The notes beneath the pieces are model-generated. The model saw only the letters and a list, made by a program, of their open reading frames with translations. It ran no database searches and was not told the DNA's origin. Positions 57,248 to 64,000 of a DNA stretch of 64,000 nt are shown here, piece after piece. The stretch comes from a virus. The stretch is from IMG/VR virus record IMGVR_UViG_3300037189_010507, positions 26,572 through 90,571 of that record; one strand, written 5' to 3'. Within the stretch, counting starts at the first letter, position 1; each line of letters begins with the position of its first letter. The translations under genes and the position numbers were made by a program.

Positions 57248-57597
57248 GTCGTAATGTCACCAACAACTACCCAGCTATTACTTGTAACTTTTATAAGGCT
57301 ACATGCCCCTAATGCGACTCTTATTTGTGGAGTTGCCCCAGATGATGATGTAATAGTTAATCCGCCTGGGGCGGTATTAAAAATAACATTTGAATTTGCT
57401 CTAATAAAATCAAATTGAGATCCTATTGGCAGTGCATTACTAACAGCAATCGGAATGGTTATATATAATGCGGTTGAATTATTACAGTAGTATATTGAAC
57501 TACTTTCATTAGATGCAATTGCTATGTTTGCTGTTGCATTTATAACTCTTTGAGCTTTATCTTGACCTCTTAATGGGTAGTAGTTTATTCCAGACAT
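57244..57597 (-). CDS. stand-alone tail-fibre adaptor domain
   Basis: paralog of the C-terminal ~100 aa of 57622..59442 (LIK....W...GD). Confidence 0.7.
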   Translation of the reverse strand: MSGINYYPLRGQDKAQRVINATANIAIASNESSSIYYCNNSTALYITIPIAVSNALPIGSQFDFIRANSNVIFNTAPGGLTITSSSGATPQIRVALGACSLIKVTSNSWVVVGDITT

Positions 57598-57609
57598 ATA
57601 TCTATTATA
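57598..57609 (-). promoter_or_regulatory. leaderless-type -10 box
   Basis: TATAAT-6 nt-ATG. Confidence 0.6.
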
Positions 57610-57621
57610 CCTTTTAACCGA

Positions 57622-59442
57622 CTAGGCTGACAGGTCTCCTATGGCTACCCATGTATTTGCAGCTCTTTTAATCAAGGTTGCAGCAGACCATTGAGTTCTA
57701 AGCTTAAGACCTGTTGATCTATTAATTGTAACACCTGAAGCAGCTACAATTGTTGTCTGTCCAGACCCGACTTGGAGGATATCAATAGATGTTCCGACAG
57801 GGAAGTTTACAGTGTTGTCTGCTGGAACTGTAAGGTTATTAGCACTTCCAACATTCATTTCAACCAAATCCCCATCATCACTCAAAGCCAAGGTATATGA
57901 AGCAGTTTGCTGATTTGTAATAACATGATCAATAACTGCCCCAGTTACCGAAACATTTCCAGAAACAGATAACGATGTTAAAGTCCCTACTGATGTAAGG
58001 CTTGAACCAGTAATGGAAGAATTAAGAGATGAACCAGTAAGAGTCGCAGCGTTTGCTGTTACTGTTCCTGAACTTCCAAGAGATATTGATGTGCCATTAA
58101 TTGTTAAAGATGTATTTGTTAGAGCAACAGTAGGAGTTGCACCTTCTCCAGAATTATTTGATAAAGTAATTCCAGTTCCAGCAACAAGTGATGCAACATA
58201 GTTTCCAACAGTATCTGTTCCTAAATCAATAGCGTCATTGACCCAAGCAGAACCATTGTATTTAAGAAAATCTCCAGAAGATGGGGATGGAACGGTTACA
58301 TTTTGGAAATCATCAAGAACAGTTGCACTTGGCAATTGTGTATACATTACCTGAACTGCTGTGAAGATAACAGATGGAATTGCAGGAGCTACCCCCTCTG
58401 CAGGTCTATATTCAAGACGAATATTCGTATCTGTTGTCTGCCAGAATAATTCAATATAATCACCAGCAGCAAGGGATTGAACTAGGTTTACTGTTCCTAC
58501 TGCTTTACCATCAATACCACCGTGAGATTCAACAATGCTAAATGATGTATCAGAGGCAGGGATATTTGTTCCATTTTTCTTAAACCAAACATTGGCATCG
58601 TCAATTTTATTGTCTGCATTAGCAAATTGAATAGAAAAAATAAAAGAATAAACACCAGCATTTGTAAAGTTAATACGACTGCTGTTTGAAAGGGTTACAC
58701 CAGAATTTGCAGTATCAGAATTATTAAAAGTAATTGCATAAGCAGTCCCTGTTGCCGCAGCAGTTTGGTCTTGAGTTGACCAAAAAGAACCCCAATAGCC
58801 AAGAGCACCGCCTGCTCCTGTAGCACCAGTATCACCTTTTGGTCCAATACCAACTGAAATAAATGTAATATTATCTGTCCCAATTTTAATTGAACCGTCA
58901 GTATTAGTACCAGTAGCGTTCATCATCCAAGCTCTACCTGTATTAACAGTGCCTCTGGCTGAGTATGTATAGTCACCAGCAGTTACTTCTGGACCGGTTG
59001 AATTATCAAAATCCAAAGCCCTAGTTAATCTCCATTTAGCAGATACAGTTCCAACAGTTGTTACACTGTAAATACCGTTATGAATTTGATTAACTTGATC
59101 TTTTACAAGAATTCTATCACCAACACTTGGCGTAACAGAGTCAACAACTAAAACAGCGTTTGAGCCTGATTCAAGATAAGCCCCAATTCCTAGACCACTG
59201 TTCCCATCAGCAGAGCCAGCAGTGTATGTTGGAGAGTTTGGAAGAACAGCAGTTGTTGCTAACTGAACGCTTTCATGGGCATTAATATTTCCTGCATTAA
59301 GAGTAAATTCAGAGATAACACCTGCACCATTTTTATAAAAAATCTTTCCATCGGCATAGTTCAGCCCCAGCTCTCCATATTCAAGAGAACCGGGGACTGC
59401 TGCTGGAGTACCTGAGTTTTTTAACTTAATGGTATTAGCCAT
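57622..59442 (-). CDS. tail fibre protein
   Basis: Mtd-N-like start (P.SL.YGELG.N..DG), GDRILVKDQ....NGIY, short collagen-like stretch, C1q/BclA-like domain. Confidence 0.82.
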   Translation of the reverse strand: MANTIKLKNSGTPAAVPGSLEYGELGLNYADGKIFYKNGAGVISEFTLNAGNINAHESVQLATTAVLPNSPTYTAGSADGNSGLGIGAYLESGSNAVLVVDSVTPSVGDRILVKDQVNQIHNGIYSVTTVGTVSAKWRLTRALDFDNSTGPEVTAGDYTYSARGTVNTGRAWMMNATGTNTDGSIKIGTDNITFISVGIGPKGDTGATGAGGALGYWGSFWSTQDQTAAATGTAYAITFNNSDTANSGVTLSNSSRINFTNAGVYSFIFSIQFANADNKIDDANVWFKKNGTNIPASDTSFSIVESHGGIDGKAVGTVNLVQSLAAGDYIELFWQTTDTNIRLEYRPAEGVAPAIPSVIFTAVQVMYTQLPSATVLDDFQNVTVPSPSSGDFLKYNGSAWVNDAIDLGTDTVGNYVASLVAGTGITLSNNSGEGATPTVALTNTSLTINGTSISLGSSGTVTANAATLTGSSLNSSITGSSLTSVGTLTSLSVSGNVSVTGAVIDHVITNQQTASYTLALSDDGDLVEMNVGSANNLTVPADNTVNFPVGTSIDILQVGSGQTTIVAASGVTINRSTGLKLRTQWSAATLIKRAANTWVAIGDLSA

Positions 59443-59454
59443 TACTTCCTCCTA

Positions 59455-60789
59455 TTAGAAAGTACCGCCATCTACTGTATCAGACCACGCTGGAACTCCA
59501 GCAACAACTTTCAAGAATTGTCCAGCAGTTCCAATTCCAAGTTTAGAAAGTGTATTACCAGATGAGGAATAAATTAAGTCACCAGTTGTATAGGATGTAA
59601 GACCTGTACCTCCAGATGTCGAAGCGATTGCTGTGCCATTCCATACACCAGTTGCAATGGTGCCAACCGATGTTAGGCTTGAGTTCACAACTGTTGAACC
59701 GAGAGTTGTATTAGAAAGAACTGAAGTTCCACCAATTTCAAACACTTTACCGGCCAAAAGATTCAAGTCTTCTGATGAAGTCCAAGCCAATGTTGCATTA
59801 ACCCAGTTAAATGTCTTACCAGTTGAGCCATCTGTTACGGTGATACCAGCGCCATCTGCTGTCGTATTTGATGCAGATGTGACATTGGCAAGAACAATAT
59901 TCTTATCTTCAACCGTTAGTGTTGCAGTATTTAAAGTTGTTGTATTTCCATTAACAATCAGATCTCCAGTAACAGTAAGAGTATTGCCAATTGTTACATC
60001 GTCTGGGAGACCAATAGTCACAGCGCCAGTCCAAGGACCAGCTCCTGTACCAGAAACATTAACTTCATTTGATGTTCCAGTTACAGAAGTTACACCTGTA
60101 TTTGTAAAAGCGAGAGTTCCTGCGGAAGAGTTATTATCAGTATAGGAAACACTAATGCCAGAGTGAGTAGCGGCTGTAATCATCGTAGATGCAGTATCCT
60201 CAACAGCCTCTTGCCAGTTTGAAATTTGTGAGTTTGTAATTGAGATAGCGCTATTTCCAGCGGCTGTTAAACGACCTTGTGCATCAACAGTGAAGGTAGC
60301 AACAGTATTTGCATTGCCATAAGAACCACCCGTAACAGTAGTATTGTCAAGATTTAATGTAAGCGTGTCAGTTGCGCTAGCAACAGATGAAAGACCTGTT
60401 CCACCAGAGATTGTAAGTGTATCGCTTAAACTTACCGTTTGGCTTGAACCACTGTCTCCAGCAACCGTAATTGAACCACTTACACCAGACACTGCTTGGT
60501 CAACATAAAGTTTTGTTGCAGCATGGGTATTCGCTGTTGGTGTTGCAACAATTGTTGTTCCAGTAAACTCTTTGTTACCTGTAATTGTTTGAGCACCCGA
60601 AAGTGACACATATGCGCCAGTACCAGCAATTGCTTGAACTGTCGTAGCAGTTCCACCAGCACCGCCTGTTCCTTTACCGTAGTAAAGGACATCATCTACT
60701 TCGTTATATGCAAGTTCTGCATTCTCCAATGAAGATGGAGCACCGGCATTGCCAGTAGCCCTTCTTTTGATTCTAATTGTATTTGCCAT
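59455..60789 (-). CDS. tail fibre protein
   Basis: Mtd-N-like start, HAATKLYVD, TVDAQGRLT, VEDKNIVL and GGTG repeats. Confidence 0.82.
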   Translation of the reverse strand: MANTIRIKRRATGNAGAPSSLENAELAYNEVDDVLYYGKGTGGAGGTATTVQAIAGTGAYVSLSGAQTITGNKEFTGTTIVATPTANTHAATKLYVDQAVSGVSGSITVAGDSGSSQTVSLSDTLTISGGTGLSSVASATDTLTLNLDNTTVTGGSYGNANTVATFTVDAQGRLTAAGNSAISITNSQISNWQEAVEDTASTMITAATHSGISVSYTDNNSSAGTLAFTNTGVTSVTGTSNEVNVSGTGAGPWTGAVTIGLPDDVTIGNTLTVTGDLIVNGNTTTLNTATLTVEDKNIVLANVTSASNTTADGAGITVTDGSTGKTFNWVNATLAWTSSEDLNLLAGKVFEIGGTSVLSNTTLGSTVVNSSLTSVGTIATGVWNGTAIASTSGGTGLTSYTTGDLIYSSSGNTLSKLGIGTAGQFLKVVAGVPAWSDTVDGGTF

Positions 60790-61064
60790 TAATAATTTCC
60801 TCCGTCTAATAGCGTATTTGCAATTGAGTGGACATGATCCGCTCTGCTTGCAATCTCTAAAACCCCAGAACTACCTGTTCTGGCAATGTCAGATGGCGTT
60901 GCATCCGACAAAGTTAGTATTCTTTCGAGTGTTATAGTTGCAGGAGTTGAGTTAAGAACTGTAATATCCCCATCTCTAACTACAACATTTGTTACATCAG
61001 ATTCTGTAATTGTAACATTTGTTACATCTCCAGTATCCACTCTTAATGTAGTAATATCAGCCAT
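60789..61064 (-). CDS. small virion structural protein
   Basis: ASRADHVH and C-terminal LDGG motifs typical of fibre modules. Confidence 0.65.
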   Translation of the reverse strand: MADITTLRVDTGDVTNVTITESDVTNVVVRDGDITVLNSTPATITLERILTLSDATPSDIARTGSSGVLEIASRADHVHSIANTLLDGGNY

Positions 61065-61392
61065 TGCTTATGTCTCCGATAACTGTGACTTTACCTCCCA
61101 TAAGAGTTGTCACAACAGAGCCATTAATCTCTTCTAAGTCATAATAGTATATACCACTTGTTATATTTGCCGTATTACTTGAAGACATTGAAAATGTTAA
61201 TATTCCATTTGCGGCATTAGTAATTTGTGTTGTAAATGATGCAACAATAGTATCAGAACCTTTTGATTTCTTAATTTGTGCAGAATATGTACGACCAGAT
61301 ATATTAATTGCTGTATTTGCAGAGTTTTTTATACGCGCTTCATGCGTATAAAAATCTCCTTGATAAATTGATATATCTCTTGATGCAGCCAT
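61057..61392 (-). CDS. virion structural protein (BppU-N-like)
   Basis: I.IYQG......AINISG.T..AQIK...G.YYYDLE. Confidence 0.7.
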   Translation of the reverse strand: MAASRDISIYQGDFYTHEARIKNSANTAINISGRTYSAQIKKSKGSDTIVASFTTQITNAANGILTFSMSSSNTANITSGIYYYDLEEINGSVVTTLMGGKVTVIGDISNG

Positions 61393-61394
61393 GA

Positions 61395-61475
61395 TCAGCA
61401 GTCACACGCCTCACATCCACAATCGCATTGTTCAACACATTCACAACCGCATTCACATGCTTTGCTTCTAGACAT
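61395..61475 (-). CDS. metallothionein-like 26-aa peptide (not in ORF track)
   Basis: MSRSKACECGCECVEQCDCGCEACDC; AGGAG 6 nt upstream; fills the intergenic gap exactly. Confidence 0.75.
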   Translation of the reverse strand: MSRSKACECGCECVEQCDCGCEACDC

Positions 61476-61484
61476 AACTAACTC

Positions 61485-62015
61485 CTATTTAGCAGGCTTT
61501 GGAATTGACTTCCAAGCCGCTTCCATTTTTGTAGCATCTTCAGCAAATTCTTTTTCAAATTCTAGATGCAACCACTGGCCTCCAAAAGACCCGGCATTCT
61601 CTTTTTCATTATAGACTTTTACCCCAGCCATACCTTCACCTCTTGAGCAACGGTAACCTCTTCCATAACCAGGCTTTCCATCTTTAGCGTTTGAATCAAA
61701 TGCATAATCATGAATTTCTACAATTCCTAATTCTTTTGTATGAGTGATGAACCACTCCCACATTGCAAGACCAGTCTTACGATCTGGATAGCCGATATCG
61801 CAAGCAGCACCGGTTGCATGAACGGACAGCCATTTCTCCATTCCTGGATCTCCGATTTTCTTACCTGCTGTATGAGAATTTCTCATTAATCTTGGAGAAT
61901 AGATCCCCATATTTGTTGCCTTCCATCTACGACCACAAGCCATGACGAACCATTCAACGCCAGCGCCTGCCTTTTTACCATCGTGCGCAGGATAATATGG
62001 ATATTTCCTGGGCAT
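61485..62015 (-). CDS. probable endolysin, M15/LAS-type Zn peptidase
   Basis: R...SVHATGAACD (H-x6-D) and WLHLE; next to holin-like genes. Confidence 0.72.
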   Translation of the reverse strand: MPRKYPYYPAHDGKKAGAGVEWFVMACGRRWKATNMGIYSPRLMRNSHTAGKKIGDPGMEKWLSVHATGAACDIGYPDRKTGLAMWEWFITHTKELGIVEIHDYAFDSNAKDGKPGYGRGYRCSRGEGMAGVKVYNEKENAGSFGGQWLHLEFEKEFAEDATKMEAAWKSIPKPAK

Positions 62016-62212
62016 TACTTACCTGCACCCTTGCCAAAAGCAGCATCCTTTGGATTCAAATAACGCATAATTACTGGCAATGCTGCAGCCCAAAGAGCAT
62101 TCAGCGCTAACTTCCAATCCTGTGTTGCTGCATATGTAGATACACCTGCACCCAAAACGCTTCTTCCATATGAGGCGAGCAAAGCCTTGTTATTTTCAAA
62201 AATCTTATTCAT
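62015..62212 (-). CDS. holin-like membrane protein
   Basis: LASYGRS..two short TMs..PVIMRYLNPKD.AFG; AAGGAG SD. Confidence 0.7.
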   Translation of the reverse strand: MNKIFENNKALLASYGRSVLGAGVSTYAATQDWKLALNALWAAALPVIMRYLNPKDAAFGKGAGK

Positions 62213-62254
62213 AGACTCTCCTTTGTGATCAAATATCACTAATTACATTATACA

Positions 62255-62503
62255 TTAGTCTGCTTCATCAGGCTTACTTTTTGCTTTGCTAAAGATTGAC
62301 TCTATCTCTTTATCATCAAGTTTTCCATCATCAAGGAAAGCGTTGGCTAGTCCTTCTACCACTTTTGCAACTCCACCAATTCCAGCCATAAAAATAGCCT
62401 TTGGTAGACTTACTCCAGCGACAGCGCCAGCCCCGATGACACCTAGACCAGAGGCTCCGAATACAGCAAGTATTCTAAGGAGAATATTATTTAAATTTTT
62501 CAT
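62255..62503 (-). CDS. holin-like two-TM protein
   Basis: two hydrophobic segments followed by LDDGKLD..EI. Confidence 0.65.
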   Translation of the reverse strand: MKNLNNILLRILAVFGASGLGVIGAGAVAGVSLPKAIFMAGIGGVAKVVEGLANAFLDDGKLDDKEIESIFSKAKSKPDEAD

Positions 62504-63855
62504 TTTTCCTCCAATAATGAAAGGCCATAAAAGAATGCTCCTATCATTAAAATTAAAATTGCCAAAAACATTTTTGGCAAGAATCCACTACCAGTTTCTG
62601 GTAGTTTGCCATGACTATGGGTGCTATGATCATGAACCGTTGTAGTAGTTACTGAAATTGCTGGCAAAGTCGTGGTTATTAATTCAGTTGTGGTTGTTAA
62701 CTGAACGGTTGTTGATGGTGCTAATGTCGTAGTTGGGGCAACTGTTGTTGTAGTTGGAGGCGCAGTCGTTGTCGTTGGAGGATTCCAAGAGACAGTCGCT
62801 GATACGGTTTTCGCTACTCCATTAACAGTTGCTGTAGCGGTATAAACAGCAGTACCAATAGAATTTGTCCTGACAGTAATTGTTGCTATACCACTTGAAT
62901 TTGTAACAGCTGTAAGTGTTTGACCAGCATCTGGTCCACTACTTACTGTTACTGTAACAGTAACTCCTGACTGTGGAACACCGGCAAGTGTTTGTGCTGT
63001 TGCAGTAATTGTTAAATCCTCACCAGCATTTGGGTTCTGTGGAGATATTGCCAATGTAAAAGAACTTGGCAACGAAACAGATCCACCACCAATCGAAACG
63101 GCTTTTCTAGTGCTCGACATTGTTGGATATGGATAATCAACAAGAGTTTTAAGTGTTCCAACATTGCCAGTAAAGTATCCATGCCAGCAAGCTGCAACAA
63201 TTGTGTTATTTAAATTAAAATCTGAAATGCCGTCAGATGTTGCTTCTGGACCACCATTGCAACCTCCATTGTTATAAACGGCACTCGGAAGAAGTGCTGT
63301 AAGCCAGCCATATGTTCCGTTATTTGCAAATAAACCACCACCAGAGTTTACAAAGTCAGCAATTTTTTCTGCATTATTTGTGAATAATGTTTCTTTTGAT
63401 GCACTTCTTGACCAGTTGTCTGGGATCCAGATAAGGGCTGGTGTTGCAGATGTTATGGTCGTTGAAAAAAAGGAACTTATCTGTGCATCTGTCGTATAAA
63501 AATCAACAGATGGCGCAGTGGTGAATTCACCAAGATACTCAGGAAGTTTTGATGCCCAAGAAGCACCGCAGGAGTTATTTCCTCCATTAGAACCTAAAAT
63601 AGCAATGTGTCCATTGTTTGGATTTATCGCACCATCATGGACTTTCTTTAGAACTCTAGCAATGTATAGACCTGTTGATTCATAACCAGAGTGACAAACT
63701 GGATCCATACCATCAAGAACAATTGGACCACCACCAGTTGCCTTTGCACCCCCAATAAGAGCCATTGGTGCATTACTCGGTGCCCAAGGGATAAAAAGCC
63801 CAAGAGCAACAATTAAAGATAATGATGATAAAAATTTATAAATTTTATTCCTCAT
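62500..63855 (-). CDS. secreted LPXTG cell-wall-anchored protein (alpha/beta N-domain, Ig-like domain, Thr/Pro linker)
   Basis: signal peptide; Big_1-like domain; PTTTT repeats; LPETG followed by TM and short charged tail. Confidence 0.85.
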   Translation of the reverse strand: MRNKIYKFLSSLSLIVALGLFIPWAPSNAPMALIGGAKATGGGPIVLDGMDPVCHSGYESTGLYIARVLKKVHDGAINPNNGHIAILGSNGGNNSCGASWASKLPEYLGEFTTAPSVDFYTTDAQISSFFSTTITSATPALIWIPDNWSRSASKETLFTNNAEKIADFVNSGGGLFANNGTYGWLTALLPSAVYNNGGCNGGPEATSDGISDFNLNNTIVAACWHGYFTGNVGTLKTLVDYPYPTMSSTRKAVSIGGGSVSLPSSFTLAISPQNPNAGEDLTITATAQTLAGVPQSGVTVTVTVSSGPDAGQTLTAVTNSSGIATITVRTNSIGTAVYTATATVNGVAKTVSATVSWNPPTTTTAPPTTTTVAPTTTLAPSTTVQLTTTTELITTTLPAISVTTTTVHDHSTHSHGKLPETGSGFLPKMFLAILILMIGAFFYGLSLLEEK

Positions 63856-64000
63856 CTTTATTTCCTTTAATAATTACACCGAACATATGGACAACAAAAG
63901 CAGCTATAGTTAACCACAATCCATAAGTTTGAGTTTTGCCAGATAATGTAATTAAAACAATTACACCTCCAGATAATGTCCATGCCAAAGCATGGAGTTC
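63845..64000 (-). CDS. C-terminal end of a two-TM membrane protein (start outside window)
   Basis: ...ELHALAWTLSGGVIVLITLSGKTQTYGLWLTIAAFVVHMFGVIIKGNKDEE* read by hand. Confidence 0.65.
   Translation of the reverse strand, partial: ELHALAWTLSGGVIVLITLSGKTQTYGLWLTIAAFVVHMFGVIIKGNKDEE

Noticed and set aside
55059-60789. Diversity-generating retroelement suggested by Mtd-N-like fibre starts
   Set aside because: No reverse transcriptase and no TR/VR pair differing at adenines seen in this window.
62640-62780. Repetitive gttgtt/gtcgtt tract
   Set aside because: Encodes the Thr/Pro linker of the LPETG protein; not a CRISPR array or DNA-level repeat element.
1-64000. Stop-codon reassignment or tRNA genes
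   Set aside because: Genes are intact and densely packed in code 11, with all three stop codons used; no cloverleaf recognised in the few intergenic gaps (by eye, tRNAscan not run).

Overview
A 64-kb segment of a large, AT-rich tailed dsDNA phage (siphovirus-type tail module) that almost certainly infects an actinobacterium. The host call rests on two WhiB genes, a DnaE polymerase, an Rpf-like domain, an LPXTG protein and leaderless-type promoters; a freshwater Acidimicrobiia/acI-like host is my inference. Essentially all real genes are on the minus strand. In transcription order (right to left): a cell-envelope/lysis block (LPETG-anchored protein, two holin-like proteins, M15-like endolysin, a 26-aa 9-Cys peptide); tail fibres and head-tail connectors; major tail protein; a tail assembly chaperone with a -1 frameshift; a giant 3.76-kaa tape measure protein carrying repeat-delimited cargo modules; minor tail genes; HNH; a replication block (phosphoesterase, helicase, primase, SSB, HAD nucleotidase, DnaE); three glycosyltransferases plus an FkbM methyltransferase; RecA; a DenV-like glycosylase; an N6-adenine MTase; a C5-MTase with a nested alternate-frame gene; Cas4-like nuclease; RuvC; a YkgJ-family protein; terminase small and large subunits; a GT-A protein; an AT-rich GATC-dense intergenic region; and about 7.6 kb of small, mostly Zn-ribbon or acidic, probable early genes. 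No tRNA, rRNA, CRISPR array, integrase, portal or capsid gene was recognised. Product calls come from motif recognition by eye, not database searches.
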